In this document: in pieces, positions 19,920 through 31,730 of the stretch
How positions within the stretch are numbered: the first letter of the stretch is position 1
Layout: each line of letters starts with the position of its first letter
Assembly (NCBI GenBank): GCA_963815115.1
Contig: CAWFFN010000005.1
Span: 896,001-960,000, forward strand
DNA length: 64,000 bases
Source: an uncultured delta proteobacterium
GTDB taxonomy: Bacteria > Desulfobacterota > Binatia > DP-6
Reading direction: 5' to 3'
Position numbers and translations under genes: made by a program
Notes under the pieces: generated by a model
What the model saw: the letters and a program-made list of their open reading frames with translations, nothing else
Databases searched by the model: none
Told to the model about the DNA's origin: nothing

Positions 19920-21449
19920 CTACAGGGTGAGCCGGCGGTGGGCGTCCAGCATGGCGGTGCGGATGGGCACGCCGTGGGGGCAGGCACCCGCACAGGGCGC
20001 GGGACAGCCGGCGCAGACCGACGCCGACTTCTCCAGCCGGGCATAGAGGCGCATGCCCTCGCGCTCCCAGCCGTAGTCGCGGGCGTACATGCGGTAGCGC
20101 AGCACGTCGTGGATCGGAAGGCTCTCGGGACAGGACCCCAGGCACAGCCCGCAGTGCGGCTGGCAGTAGTCGCCCTCCACCAGCTGATCGTAACGCTCGA
20201 GAAGCGCCACGTCCTCCTTGCGCAGCGCGCTGCCCGATGCGGCCAGATACTCGTCGACGTGCTGCAGCGTGGAGAACGAGATCACCAGGCAGGAGACGTT
20301 GGGATTCGAGAGCACCCAGCGGAACGCGGCCTGCGAGTATGCCGCCTGACCGTCGCGGAAGCCGGCCAGGTCGGCGTGGCGCGCACCCTTGAGCGTCTTC
20401 ATCGCCACGATGCCCACGTCGTGCTGCTTGGCCTTCTCGATGATGTGCCCGAAGTGGGGCCACATCCCGAAGTGGTACGCGAGCATCATGACGTCGAAGC
20501 GTCCCGAGTCGATCGCCGTGTTCGCGACCTCCTCCAGGTTCGGCGTGTGCGTGCTCACGCCGAGGAAGCGGGCCTTGCCCTGCTCCTTCAGGCGGTCGAA
20601 GGCCTCGTGGATGTTGGGCGCCATCAAGCGATCGACGCGGTCGCACGAATGGATGTGGATGAGATCCACGTGGTCGGTCTGGAGCCGGCGCAGACTCTCC
20701 TCCACGGACTCGATGATCCGGGGCACTGGCGTGTCGCTCGGCAGGTGACCGTCGGGCCGGCAGAACTTGGTGGCGAGGAAGATCTGGTCGCGCCGCCCCT
20801 TCATCGCCTGGCCGAGGAGCGTCTCCGAGCCGGCGTCGGCGTAGTCGGGAGCCGTGTCGACGTATGTGACGCCGCGCTCGAGCGCGGCCGAGGGGACCTC
20901 GAGATCGCGGATGCGGCCGGAGCCGAGCGAGATGTCGGAGACCATGACGTTGGTGCGCCCGAGGCGCCGGTGCGCGCGGATCTGCGAGCCCGCCCACTCC
21001 GGACGCGGCGATGGTGCGGTGCTCTCGACCTTGGCGTTGAAGATCTCGCGGCCGACCGCGATCCAGCCGGCGTTCCGGCCGACGGCCGCCGCGGCGCCGC
21101 CCACCGAGGCCGCCACGGCGGCGCCACCGGCGCGCAGCACCGCGCGACGGGTCGATCCCTCCGTCGTGGCGACGAAGCCCGCGGGTGCGCCCGCCCCGCA
21201 AGCCGGACACGCCACCCGGTGAACGCGCAGGGTCGTGGCGACCACGGCCGCGAGCAGCACGATGACCGGGAGCCAGAGCTTCCACATCGGCAGCAGGCTT
21301 TTCTGCATCCCTTCCATCACGTCGTGCAGGAGGTCGCCGCCGAGCCACGCTGCCAGGAGAAAGCCCAGTCCCCACAGCGCAAGCAGTGAGCCTCTCGCCA
21401 GGCGCATCGCCCGCCGTTCCATCTGACGACCGCAATCCGGGCAGATCAT
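19920..21449 (-). CDS. Aldo/keto reductase with C-terminal Fe-S Cys motifs and N-terminal membrane/Tat-like extension
   Basis: [41 protein letters not shown]-terminal CGLCLGSCP and [13 protein letters not shown]. Confidence 0.85.
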   Translation of the reverse strand: MICPDCGRQMERRAMRLARGSLLALWGLGFLLAAWLGGDLLHDVMEGMQKSLLPMWKLWLPVIVLLAAVVATTLRVHRVACPACGAGAPAGFVATTEGSTRRAVLRAGGAAVAASVGGAAAAVGRNAGWIAVGREIFNAKVESTAPSPRPEWAGSQIRAHRRLGRTNVMVSDISLGSGRIRDLEVPSAALERGVTYVDTAPDYADAGSETLLGQAMKGRRDQIFLATKFCRPDGHLPSDTPVPRIIESVEESLRRLQTDHVDLIHIHSCDRVDRLMAPNIHEAFDRLKEQGKARFLGVSTHTPNLEEVANTAIDSGRFDVMMLAYHFGMWPHFGHIIEKAKQHDVGIVAMKTLKGARHADLAGFRDGQAAYSQAAFRWVLSNPNVSCLVISFSTLQHVDEYLAASGSALRKEDVALLERYDQLVEGDYCQPHCGLCLGSCPESLPIHDVLRYRMYARDYGWEREGMRLYARLEKSASVCAGCPAPCAGACPHGVPIRTAMLDAHRRLTL

Positions 21450-21503
21450 GACGCTCTCCTCGCTGTTGACAGCCCGCGCCGCGTCGGCGCAGGGAGTCGC
21501 CTC

Positions 21504-22313
21504 ATGACCTACAGGCAGGGGCGGGACTCGCGCAACGGGCGGATCGGCGGTGTGCTCCTGCTGCTCGCGCTCTCGGCCGGATCGAGCAGAGCCATCGACC
21601 TCGGGACGGCGCGGCTGGTCGACCTCACGCATCCGTTCGACGAGACGACGATCTACTGGCCGACGGCGCGCCATTTCCAGCTCGAGGTCGTCGCCCACGG
21701 GGAAACACCCGGGGGGTGGTGGTACGCCGCCAACAACTTCTGCGCCGCGGAGCACGGTGGCACGCACATGGACGCACCCATCCATTTCGCGGAGGGCCAC
21801 TGGACCGCCGACGAGATCCCGCTCGAGCGCCTGATCGGGCCCGCGGTGGTGGTCGACCTCCGCGCACGGGTTGCCGGCGATCGTGACGCGCTGCTCCGGG
21901 TGCAGGATCTCGAGGCCGACGAGGCCGCCCATGGTCGGATCCCCGATGCGGCCATCGTGCTCGTGCGCACCGGATGGTCGCGCTACTGGGCCGACCCCGG
22001 CAGCTATCTCGGCACCGCCGTCGCGGGCGACACCGCGCATCTGCACTTCCCCGGCGTCTCGGGCGACGCGGCGGCGTGGCTCGTCACTCGGCGCCGGATC
22101 CGCGCCGTCGGCATCGACACGGCATCGATCGACCGGGGTCAGTCGCACGACTTCCTCGCACACCGGGCATTCGGGGCCGCGAACGTCCCGATCTTCGAGA
22201 ACCTGGCCGCGCTCGAGGAGATGCCGGTGCGCGGCGCGACGTTCGTCGGGCTTCCGATGAAGATACGCGGCGGCAGCGGCGGCCCGCTGCGCGCGATCGC
22301 GGCGCTGCCGTGA
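21504..22313 (+). CDS. Cyclase family (kynurenine formamidase-like) protein with signal peptide
   Basis: VDLTHP, EHGGTHMDAPIHF, GIDTASID, PMKIRGGSGGPLR. Confidence 0.88.
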   Translation: MTYRQGRDSRNGRIGGVLLLLALSAGSSRAIDLGTARLVDLTHPFDETTIYWPTARHFQLEVVAHGETPGGWWYAANNFCAAEHGGTHMDAPIHFAEGHWTADEIPLERLIGPAVVVDLRARVAGDRDALLRVQDLEADEAAHGRIPDAAIVLVRTGWSRYWADPGSYLGTAVAGDTAHLHFPGVSGDAAAWLVTRRRIRAVGIDTASIDRGQSHDFLAHRAFGAANVPIFENLAALEEMPVRGATFVGLPMKIRGGSGGPLRAIAALP

Positions 22314-22790
<477 letters not shown>

Positions 22791-22838
22791 GGTCGCGAAC
22801 CGGGATGCAGGACCGCCCATGAGGCGGCGTTTGACCGG

Positions 22839-22873
22839 CGTGCTCGGGAGGGCGGAATGCCTTCCCGGGCACG
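22839..22873 (+). other. 15-bp hairpin between glnB and the small ORF (possible terminator or processing stem)
   Basis: CGTGCTCGGGAGGGC-GGAAT-GCCTTCCCGGGCACG; two G-U pairs form only on the + strand. Confidence 0.5.
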
Positions 22874-22901
22874 CGCCGTTTCGCAGCGTGACGGGCCGCT
22901 C

Positions 22902-23144
22902 ATGAACGGAAGGGACGTGGACATCTCCGGCGTGAACGCCCGCCTGGTGGAGGCGGCGGAGACGGGCGAGACGATCGAGGTCATCCTCGTCGTGCGCGGC
23001 AAGGTGCGTCCGGTCCGGGGCGCCGACCGCCGCCGCTGGCGGATGCGGGTCGACAGCGACCACGTGCTGACGTTCCGCGCCGATGCCGTCGTGGCTGCGA
23101 CGCCGATCCCGAAAGGGGCGGGCCCGGGGACACGCGGCCGGTGA
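22902..23144 (+). CDS. Small hypothetical protein (80 aa), possible Sm/Hfq- or SH3-like beta-barrel
   Basis: MNGRDVDISG..LVEAAETGETIEVILVVRGKVR..VLTFRADAVVAATP; GC3-rich codons; fold call is pattern inference. Confidence 0.6.
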   Translation: MNGRDVDISGVNARLVEAAETGETIEVILVVRGKVRPVRGADRRRWRMRVDSDHVLTFRADAVVAATPIPKGAGPGTRGR

Positions 23145-23252
23145 GCACCACCCGTGGAGCGGGTGCTTTCACGGCGAGCAAGCCGATGCCCGTGGAACGA
23201 GCGGTGCTGTCGTCGTCAGGCTCGAAAGGTGCGAGGGGCGAGGGCGTCATCC

Positions 23253-23268
23253 TGGCACCGCCCTTGCT
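23253..23268 (+). promoter_or_regulatory. sigma54 (-24/-12) promoter
   Basis: TGGCACCGCCCTTGCT matches TGGCAC-N5-TTGC(A/T). Confidence 0.8.
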
Positions 23269-23277
23269 CTGAAGACC

Positions 23278-23427
23278 CGTGTAGTCTTCGGCTGGCCCGG
23301 CAAAGACACACCAGTCCCCCCCTGGTGGCCGGCGCGCGGCAGGCCAAAAAGGCGAGTTAGGCAAACGGGTCCGCATAACCTGTTGGGTCGATGGGCAGCC
23401 TGGCCGCCGCCAGCCGAAGACTACGCG
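23278..23427 (+). ncRNA. Putative sigma54-transcribed structured RNA (~150 nt)
   Basis: 19-bp closing stem (23278-23296 with 23409-23427, one G-U) starting at the predicted +1; internal CACCAG-TCCCCCC-CTGGTG hairpin; GCGGCAGGCCA/TGGCCGCCGC stem. Confidence 0.6.
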
Positions 23428-23598
23428 AAAGCCGACCGGCCCGCGCTGCGGCTTGCGGATTGAGCGGTGCGCTTTCGGCCGCGACCAGCCTGCTCGCGAT
23501 CGAGCCCACGCAGTCCGGGAACACGTGCGTGGGGTCAGGACGACGCGGTCCAGCGCGGTCTTTGAACCCCGGGACGAAAGGGTTAGTCTCGGCCGGTC

Positions 23599-25791
23599 AT
23601 GGCGGAGTCCAACGACCGAGCGAATCTCACCCGCTGGCTGGAGCTCGCCCGCAAGGAGCGCCGCGGAGCGGAGCCGGACGACCTGGTCTGGCAGACGCCC
23701 GAGGGTCTGGCGGTCAAGCCGCTCTACTCGCAGGCGGACGTCGCCGGTCTCGACGTCCTCGACACCGTGCCCGGCGAATTCCCGTTCCTGCGCGGCCCGC
23801 GCGCCACCATGTACGCGGAGAAGCCGTGGACGATCCGCCAGTACGCCGGCTTCTCCACCGCCGAGGAGTCGAACGCCTTCTACCGCGCCAACCTCGCTGC
23901 CGGACAGATGGGCCTGTCGGTCGCCTTCGATCTCGCCACCCATCGCGGCTACGACAGCGATCACCCGCGCGTCGTGGGCGACGTCGGCAAGGCCGGCGTC
24001 GCGATCGACTCCGTCGAGGACATGAAGATCCTCTTCGACGGCGTGCCGCTCGACAAGATGTCCGTGTCGATGACCATGAACGGCGCCGTGCTGCCGGTGC
24101 TGGCGAGCTTCATCGTGGCCGGCGAGGAGCAGGGCGTGCCGCGGGCCAGGCTCACCGGGACCATCCAGAACGACATCCTGAAGGAGTTCATGGTCCGCAA
24201 CACCTACATCTACCCGCCGGCACCCTCGATGCGGATCGCGGCCGACATCATCGAGTACACGTCGAAGGAGATGCCGCGCTTCAACTCGATCTCGATCTCG
24301 GGCTACCACATGCAGGAGGCCGGGGCGACGTGCGATCTCGAGCTGGCGTTCACCATTGCGGACGGGCTCGAGTACGTGCGCGCCGCGCTCTCGAAAGGGC
24401 TCGACATCGACGCCTTCGCGGGGCGCCTGTCGTTCTTCTTCGCCATCGGGATGAGCTTCTACATGGAGGTGGCGAAGCTGCGCGCGGCGCGTCTCCTGTG
24501 GGCCACGCTGATGAGGAAGCACTTCGGGCCCAAGCAGGCGGCCTCGCTGATGCTCCGGACGCACTGCCAGACCTCGGGCGCGAGCCTCACCGAGCAGGAC
24601 CCCTTCAACAACATCGTCCGCACCACCATCGAGGCCATGGCCGCCGTCTTCGGCGGCACCCAGAGCCTGCACACGAACTCCTTCGACGAGGCCATCGCGC
24701 TGCCGACCGACGCCTCGGCACGCGTCGCCCGCAACACCCAGCTCATCCTCCAGCTCGAGACCGGGATCCCGAAGGTGATCGACCCCTGGGGCGGCTCGTA
24801 CTTCATGGAGGCTCTGACCCACGCGCTCGCGGCGAAGGCGCTCACCATCATCGACGAGGTCGAGCAGCTCGGCGGCATGACCAAGGCGATAGAGGCCGGC
24901 ATGCCGAAGCTGCGCATCGAGGAGGCTGCCGCCCGCCGTCAGGCGCGCGTCGACCGGGGCGAGGACGTGATCGTCGGCGTGAACAAGTTCAAGCTGGCGG
25001 AGGAGCCCGAGATCGACACGCGCGAGATCGACAACACGGCGGTGCGCGAGGCGCAGGTACGCGGTCTCGAGCGCATCCGCGCCACCCGCGACGCGGGCAA
25101 GGTCCGTGACACGCTGGCGGCACTCGTGCGCTGCGCGGAGACGGGGGAGGGAAACCTCCTCGGGTTCGCGGTCGAAGCGGCGCGGGCGCGGGCGACGATC
25201 GGCGAGATCTCGGACGCCCTCGAGAGCGTCTGGGGCCGCTTCCAGGCCCAGATCCGGTCGATCTCCGGGGTCTACGGCGGGCACTTCGCGGACGACGCCG
25301 ACTGGAAGGCAATGCGCGAGGAGATCGACCGCTTCGTACACGATCAGGGCCGGCGGCCGCGACTCCTCGTGGCGAAGGTGGGCCAGGACGGGCACGATCG
25401 CGGCGCCAAGGTGATCGCGACCGCCTTTGCCGACCTCGGGTTCGACGTGGACGTCGGCACGCTCTTCCAGACGCCCGAGGAGGTGGCACGCCAGGCGGTC
25501 GAGAACGACGTGCACGTGGTCGGCATCTCGACCCAGTCGGGCGGCCACAAGACGCTCGTGCCGCAGCTCGTCCGCGAGCTCGAGCGCCTCGGCGCCGGGG
25601 ACATCGTGGTCACGGTCGGCGGCATCATCCCGGCGAAGGACTACCGGATGCTCGAGCAGGCGGGCGTCAAGGCGGTCTTCGGCCCGGGCACGAACGTGCC
25701 GAAGGCGGCGCGCCGCGTGCTCGAGCTGATCAAGGTTCCGACCCGAGACTTCGTCTCGGGTCGGACGGGGAGCGAGCGTGCGACGTCTTGA
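23599..25791 (+). CDS. scpA: Methylmalonyl-CoA mutase
   Basis: [52 protein letters not shown]12 motif. Confidence 0.95.
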   Translation: MAESNDRANLTRWLELARKERRGAEPDDLVWQTPEGLAVKPLYSQADVAGLDVLDTVPGEFPFLRGPRATMYAEKPWTIRQYAGFSTAEESNAFYRANLAAGQMGLSVAFDLATHRGYDSDHPRVVGDVGKAGVAIDSVEDMKILFDGVPLDKMSVSMTMNGAVLPVLASFIVAGEEQGVPRARLTGTIQNDILKEFMVRNTYIYPPAPSMRIAADIIEYTSKEMPRFNSISISGYHMQEAGATCDLELAFTIADGLEYVRAALSKGLDIDAFAGRLSFFFAIGMSFYMEVAKLRAARLLWATLMRKHFGPKQAASLMLRTHCQTSGASLTEQDPFNNIVRTTIEAMAAVFGGTQSLHTNSFDEAIALPTDASARVARNTQLILQLETGIPKVIDPWGGSYFMEALTHALAAKALTIIDEVEQLGGMTKAIEAGMPKLRIEEAAARRQARVDRGEDVIVGVNKFKLAEEPEIDTREIDNTAVREAQVRGLERIRATRDAGKVRDTLAALVRCAETGEGNLLGFAVEAARARATIGEISDALESVWGRFQAQIRSISGVYGGHFADDADWKAMREEIDRFVHDQGRRPRLLVAKVGQDGHDRGAKVIATAFADLGFDVDVGTLFQTPEEVARQAVENDVHVVGISTQSGGHKTLVPQLVRELERLGAGDIVVTVGGIIPAKDYRMLEQAGVKAVFGPGTNVPKAARRVLELIKVPTRDFVSGRTGSERATS

Positions 25792-26001
25792 CCGGTGCGA
25801 TCGTCGTGCCGCGAGCGGCGAAGCCGCCGCGGCAGACGAGCCGGCAGCGGAAGCGACATGCTCGTGAGCGGCGAACGCTCGCCTCTGGCCTCTCCCAAGG
25901 GTTGCCGCGCCGGCTTTGCCGGCCGCGGCACGGCGGTCGTCGGGTTCACGGGGCGCCACACGCTCGCCTCCCCTCTCGCCCCGAGACGAAGTCTCGGGGC
26001 G
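25737..26001 (+). repeat. Nested palindromic dispersed element, copy B
   Basis: Terminal hairpins TCCGACCCGAGAC-TTC-GTCTCGGGTCGGA and CGCCCCGAGAC-GAA-GTCTCGGGGCG; same inner hairpin pair and CTCGCCTCCCCTCTCG block as copy A. Confidence 0.85.
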
Positions 26002-26006
26002 TGGTA

Positions 26007-27017
26007 ATGCGGCTCGCGGCCGACCTCGTGGCCGGCGATCGCCGCGCGCTCGCCAAGGCGATCACGCTGGTCGAGAGCACGCGCGGCGACGACCAGGCGG
26101 GGGCGCAGCGGCTGCTCGAGCAGGTCCTGCCCCGGACCGGGCGCGCCGTCCGTGTCGGCGTGACCGGCGCGCCGGGCGCGGGGAAGAGCACGTTCATCGA
26201 GGCGTTCGGGCTCTATCTCATCGCGCGGGGGAAGCGCGTCGCGGTGCTGGCCGTCGATCCGTCGAGCGCGCGCTCCGGCGGCAGCATCCTCGGCGACAAG
26301 ACGCGCATGGCCCGGCTGGCGGTCGCGCCGGAGGCGTTCATCCGGCCCAGCCCGTCTGGGGGATCGCTCGGCGGCGTCGCCCGCCGCACTCGCGAGGCCA
26401 TTCTCGTGTGCGAGGCGGCGGGCTACGACGTCGTGCTGGTCGAGACCGTCGGCGTGGGTCAGTCCGAGGTGGCGGTCGCCTCGATGGTCGACTTCTTCCT
26501 GGTGCTGATGCTCCCGGGCGCGGGCGACGAGCTGCAGGGCATCAAGAAGGGCATCCTCGAGCTCGCCGACGCGCTCGCGGTCAACAAGTGCGACGGCGAC
26601 AACGTGCGGCGCGCGGAGCGCGCGGCGGGCGAGTACCGGGCAGCGCTGCACCTCTTCCGTCACGTGAGCGCGAACTGGGACCCTCCCGTGTTGCTGGTGA
26701 GCGCCCTCGAAGGTCGGGGCATGGAGCAGGTGTGGGCCACGGTCGAGGACCACAGGGCACGCCTGAGCGCGTCCGGCGAGCTGGCCGCACGGCGCCGCGA
26801 CCAGCAGCAGCAGTGGTTCGTGTCGATGCTGCGCGACGGCCTGGAGGAGCGCTTCCGCCAGCGCCAGGACGTCCGCCGGCTCCTCCCCGACCTGGAGGCG
26901 GCGGTCGTGGCGGCGAAGATCACGCCCACGGAGGCGGCGCGCCGATTGCTCGCACTGCTCGACGACGGCGGCGACGGCGGCGAGCGCGCGAGCGCGCCGC
27001 GCCGTGCGCGGGGGTGA
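26007..27017 (+). CDS. meaB: Methylmalonyl-CoA mutase-associated GTPase
   Basis: [59 protein letters not shown]. Confidence 0.92.
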   Translation: MRLAADLVAGDRRALAKAITLVESTRGDDQAGAQRLLEQVLPRTGRAVRVGVTGAPGAGKSTFIEAFGLYLIARGKRVAVLAVDPSSARSGGSILGDKTRMARLAVAPEAFIRPSPSGGSLGGVARRTREAILVCEAAGYDVVLVETVGVGQSEVAVASMVDFFLVLMLPGAGDELQGIKKGILELADALAVNKCDGDNVRRAERAAGEYRAALHLFRHVSANWDPPVLLVSALEGRGMEQVWATVEDHRARLSASGELAARRRDQQQQWFVSMLRDGLEERFRQRQDVRRLLPDLEAAVVAAKITPTEAARRLLALLDDGGDGGERASAPRRARG

Positions 27018-27020
27018 ACC

Positions 27021-28035
27021 GTGAAGATCCGCGTCGGACTCGGACTCGCCCAGCTGCCGTTCGCGGACGCGCGGGCGTTCTGGCGCTTCATCGAGCGCTG
27101 CGAGGCGAGCGACCTCGACTCCCTGTGGCAGACCGACCGCCTGGTGTCCTCGGTGCCCCAGCTCGAGCCGATGAGCGTGATGGCGGCGCTCGCGGGCGGC
27201 ACCGAGCGGCTCAAGTTCGGCATGAACGTCACGGTGGTGAGCTTCCGCGACCCGCTCGTGCTCGCCAAGGAGTGCGCCACGATCGACTTCCTGAGCGGCG
27301 GCCGGTTGCTGCCCGCCTTCGGCGTCGGTCCGGCGATCGCCCCCGAATGGGCTGCCACCAGCCGGCCGTACGCCGGCAGCGGCGCGCCGCGCGGACGAGG
27401 CGCTGGAGATCATGGCGCGTCTGTGGACGGGCGAGCGCCTGACCTTCACGGGCGAGCACTACCGCTACGCCGGCGCGCGCATCGCCCCGCTGCCGGTGCA
27501 GCGGCCGCTGCCGCTGTGGATCGGCGGCAGCAGTCCGGCCTCGATCCGGCGCACGGCGCGGCTGGGAACCGGGTGGCTGGCCGGTCCGCAGAGCCCGGAG
27601 CAGGTGGGGCCGGTCATCGCGGCGATCCGCGAGGCCAGCGCCGCCGCCGGCCGGCCGATCGATCCCGACCACTACGGGGTCACCGTCCCGTTCCGCTTCG
27701 GATCGCCCGACGAGCCGCTGGTGCAGGCCGTCGGCACGCAGCTCGCGCAGCGCAATCAGGGTGCCGATCCCGCGCGTCACGTCGCGATCGGCGGCGCGGC
27801 CCACATCCTCGACCGCCTCGACGAGTTCCGGGCGGGGGGCGCGTCGAAGTTCGTGCTGCTCCCCATCGCCGCCGGGGACGCCGAGGTGCTCGATCAGACC
27901 GAGCGCCTGATCGGTGAGGTCCTCCCGGTGGTTCACGGGCCCGAGGGCAACGGCTGGCGAAAGCGCCCGGCGGCGGAGTACACTACACCTGCCGCGCCCG
28001 CCGCGCGCACGCCCACGAGGGAGCCCGAGCGATGA
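27021..28035 (+). pseudogene. LLM-class flavin-dependent oxidoreductase with apparent +1 frameshift near 27387 (probably sequencing error)
   Basis: DSLWQTDRL, LAKECATIDFLSGGRL in one frame; ADEALEIMARLWTGE..PLWIGG in the next; removing one C joins them. Confidence 0.75.
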
Positions 28036-30072
28036 CACGCGAAGCGCACCTGCTCTACGACGCCGACGGCAAGCCCACGCACGATGCGCCGTGGATCTTC
28101 CGCACCTACGCCGGGCACACCAACGTCGCAGGAGTCGAACGCGCTCTACCGGGCGAATCTCTCCCGCGGCCAGACCGGCCTCTCGATCGCCTTCGACCTG
28201 CCCACCCAGTGCGGCTACAGCTCCGACCATCCGCTGGCGGTGCCGGAGATCGGCAAGGTGGGCGTTCCCGTCAACACGCTCGACGACTTCGCGCTGCTCT
28301 TCGACGGCATTCCCGTCGACGAGATCAACACCTCGATGACGATCAACGCGACCGCGATGTGGCTGCTGGCGCTCTACGTCGCCCTCGCCGAGCAGCGCGG
28401 CGTCGACCCGGCGCGGCTCCAGGGCACGACGCAGAACGACATCGTGAAGGAGTACCTGGCGCGCGGCACCTACATCTTCCCGCCGCGCGAGTCCGTCCGC
28501 CTCATCGTCGACATGTACGAGCACTGCCTGCACCACGTCCCGCGCTGGAACGCGTCGAACATCTGCTCGTACCACCTGCAGGAGGCGGGCGCGACGCCGA
28601 CGCAGGAGCTGGCCTTCGCGCTCGCCACCGCCATGGCCGTGCTCGACGCCGTGCGCGCGCGCGGCGGCTTCAGCGGCGACGACTTCGAGCGCTGCGTCGG
28701 GCGCGTGTCCTTCTTCGTCAACGCCGGCATCCGCTTCGTCGAGGAGATGTGCAAGCTGCGCGCCTTCGCCGAGATGTGGGACGAGATCACGCGCGACCGG
28801 TACGGCGTGACGAATCCGAAGTACCGGCTCTTCCGCTACGGCGTGCAGGTGAACTCCCTCGGCCTCACCGAGGAGCAGCCCGAGAACAACGCCTGGCGCA
28901 TCCTCATCGAGGCGCTCGGGGTCACGCTCAGCCGCACCGCCCGCTGCCGGGCGCTCCAGCTGCCGACGTGGAACGAGGCGCTCAGCCTGCCGCGGCCCTG
29001 GGACCAGCAGTGGTCGCTGCGCCTCCAGCAGATCCTGGCCTACGAGACCGACCTGCTCGAGTATCCCGACCTGTTCGACGGCTCGCCCGTGGTGGCGTCC
29101 AAGGTCGCGGCGCTCAAGGCGGCCGCCTACACGGAGATCGCGACCATCGAGGAGCTGGGCGGCGCCATCGAGGCGATCGAGTCGGGCTATCTGAAGGCGG
29201 CGCTGGTTCGCAGCCAGGCGCAGCGGATGGCGCGCATCAATGCGGGCGACGCGGTGGTCGTCGGCCGCAACCGCTGGACCGAGGGCCTGCCGTCGCCGCT
29301 GCTCTCGGGCGAGGACGGAGGACTCTTCCGGGTCGACCCCGGGTCCGCCGCCCAGACGCTCGAGATGCTGCGCGCCACCCGCAGCCGGCGCAGCCAGGCG
29401 GCGGTGGACGACGCGCTTCGCCGCCTGCGTGACGACGCGGTCGCGGGCAAGAATCTCATGCCGGCGTCCATCACCTGCGCGAAGGCGCGGGTCGCGACCG
29501 GCGAATGGGCGGACGTGCTGCGGCAGATCTTCGGCGAGTACCGGCCGGCGACGGGAATCGACGGCCAGCAGCTCGGCCTCGAGAACGCCCGGGTCGCCGC
29601 GGTGCGCGCCCGGGTCGCCGCCTGGACGGCGGGGCACGGGACGCGGCCGCGCATCGTCGTCGGCAAGGCCGGGCTCGACGGCCACTCGAACGGCTCGGAG
29701 ATGATCGCGGTCGCCGCCAAGCACGCCGGCTTCGACGTGGTCTACGGCGGCATCCGCATGACGCCCGAGGAGATCGTCCAGTCGGCCGTCGAGGAGGATG
29801 CCTCCGTGCTCGGCCTCTCCGTCCTCTCCGGGTCGCATCTCGAGATCGCGCGCATGGTGCTCGAGGCGCTCGAGCGACAGGGAGCGCGCGAAGCCATCCC
29901 CGTCGTCCTCGGCGGCATCGTGCCGGATGCGGACGTCGAGCCGCTCGGGCGCCTCGGCGTCAAGGCGGTCTTCACGCCCCGCGACTTCGACCTGATGGCC
30001 GTGATGGACCGCATCCTCGACGTCATCGGTGCGCCCCGCGATGAGCCCGAGGCACGCGTCGCCAGCGCGTGA
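28032..30072 (+). CDS. ecm: Ethylmalonyl-CoA mutase (MeaA/Ecm) with apparent +1 frameshift near 28131
   Basis: PWIFRTYAGH then ESNALYRANLSRGQTGLSIAFDLPTQ, RYGVQVNSLGLTE, WNEALSLPRPWDQQWSLR, GLDGHSNG. Confidence 0.88.
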
Positions 30073-31087
30073 GCCGGCGAGGCGTGGCGGCGCGCCCCCG
30101 GCGCTCGATGCCGGCGTGCGGGCGTTGCTCGAGCGCGCGGCACGGCTCGAGAAGCACCCGCTCGCGCGTCTGATCACGCTGGTCGAGCAGGAGCACGACG
30201 CCGGTCGCGCCGGGCGTGCCGCGCTGTTCCGCCACCTGGCGGCCCATGCCGACGCCTACCCGCTCCGCGCCCGCGTGATCGGCATCACCGGAACGCCGGG
30301 GTCGGGAAAGTCGACGCTGATCGGGCGGATCGCCCTCGAGCTGCTGCACGATGACCCGAGCGCGCGCGTCGCGGTGCTGGCGATCGATCCCTCGAGCGCC
30401 GAGTCGGGCGGGGCGCTCCTCGGCGACCGCGTGCGCACGCATTTTCCCGTCGGGGAGCGCCGCATCTTCTTTCGCTCCCAGGCGACCGACGGCGATCTCG
30501 GCGGCGTCGGGCGCCGCACCTTCGCGGTCACGCGTCTCCTGCGTCACCTCTTCGATTTCGTCTTCGTGGAGACGGTCGGCATCGGGCAGAGCGAGATCGA
30601 GGTCACGGCGCTCGCCGATCTGACGGCGCTCGTCCTGCAGCCGCTCGCGGGCGACCATGTCCAGTTCCTGAAGGCGGGCGTGATGGAGGTGCCCGACGTG
30701 TTCGTCATCAACAAGTGCGACGAGGCCGCGCTGGCTCGGCGGAGCCTGCACGAGCTGCGCTCGGCGCTCGACACGGCCCGCGTCGGCCGCGAGGCCCATC
30801 CCATCTTCAAGACGAGCGCACTGCGCGGAACCGGGATCGCGGAGCTGGCCGCCTTCCTGCGCCGGACGGTGCAGCCACCCGACGCGACGTCCCTGCGGCG
30901 CCGCGAGCGCCACTTCCTCGCCCGGGCGGTGGCGGGACGTTACGGCCGCTTCGGTGTGGAGGAGCTCGAGCGGGTGATGGCGGCGTGGCCCGCCGAGCGT
31001 GCCAGGCGGGCCTCCTACGAGGAGCTCGAGGACGCCGCGCTGGAGGAGATCCGCGGCCGCATCCGGCCGCGCGAGGCGGGGGCGTAG
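30041..31087 (+). CDS. Second MeaB/ArgK-family GTPase
   Basis: GTPGSGKST, DPSSAESGGALLGDRVR, VETVGIGQSE, INKCD; start uncertain. Confidence 0.85.
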   Translation: MSPRHASPAREPARRGGAPPALDAGVRALLERAARLEKHPLARLITLVEQEHDAGRAGRAALFRHLAAHADAYPLRARVIGITGTPGSGKSTLIGRIALELLHDDPSARVAVLAIDPSSAESGGALLGDRVRTHFPVGERRIFFRSQATDGDLGGVGRRTFAVTRLLRHLFDFVFVETVGIGQSEIEVTALADLTALVLQPLAGDHVQFLKAGVMEVPDVFVINKCDEAALARRSLHELRSALDTARVGREAHPIFKTSALRGTGIAELAAFLRRTVQPPDATSLRRRERHFLARAVAGRYGRFGVEELERVMAAWPAERARRASYEELEDAALEEIRGRIRPREAGA

Positions 31088-31089
31088 CC

Positions 31090-31710
31090 GTGCTGCGGCT
31101 CTACGACCACCTCGCGTCGGGCAACGGCTACAAGGTCCGATTGCTGCTCCATCAGCTCGGCATCCCGTTCGAGCGGGTCGAGCTCGACATCGTGCAGGGC
31201 GAGACGCGCACGCCGGAGTTCCTGGCGAGGAACCCGAACGGCCGCATCCCGACCCTCGCGCTGGAGGACGGAAGCCACCTCGCCGAGTCGAATGCCGTCC
31301 TCTTCTACCTGGCCGACGGGACCGCCTTCCTGCCTGCAGATCGCCTCGCGCGCGCCCGCGTGCTGCAGTGGATGTTCTTCGAGCAGTACAGCCACGAGCC
31401 GAACATCGCGACGGTGCGCTTCTGGCTGCACACGGGGCTCGATGAGGAACGGCGGTCCATGCTCGCTCTCAAGCGGCGGCTGGGCCACGCTGCTCTCGGC
31501 GTGATGGAAGGGCATCTGCGCGAGCAGACCTTCTTCGTCGGCGAGCGCTACGGCATCGCCGACATCGCGCTCTACGCCTACACCCACGTGGCGGACGAGG
31601 GCGGCTTCGAGCTCGAGCCCTATCCCGCGGTCCGGGCGTGGCTCGAGCGCGTGCGCGCCCAGCCCGGCCACGTTCCGATCACGTGGGAAGGCTCGACGGC
31701 GACGCCCTGA
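31090..31710 (+). CDS. Glutathione S-transferase family protein
   Basis: SGNGYKVRL, NPNGRIPTL, LAESNAVLFYLA, WMFFEQYSHEP, IADIALYAYTH. Confidence 0.9.
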   Translation: MLRLYDHLASGNGYKVRLLLHQLGIPFERVELDIVQGETRTPEFLARNPNGRIPTLALEDGSHLAESNAVLFYLADGTAFLPADRLARARVLQWMFFEQYSHEPNIATVRFWLHTGLDEERRSMLALKRRLGHAALGVMEGHLREQTFFVGERYGIADIALYAYTHVADEGGFELEPYPAVRAWLERVRAQPGHVPITWEGSTATP

Positions 31711-31730
31711 CGGCCCTCGAGTCGCCCGCG

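Noticed and set aside
23278-23598. Cobalamin or c-di-GMP-I riboswitch, 6S, SRP or tmRNA upstream of the mutase
   Set aside because: No AGGGAA/GCCCCCGC/ACTG B12 elements; GGCAAAC is present but lacks the following GNRA-capped helix; no SRP, tmRNA or RNase P signatures; branched rather than 6S rod shape
25788-26006. N-terminal extension of MeaB in the ORF track
   Set aside because: It is translation of the repeat element; MeaB similarity starts near 26007
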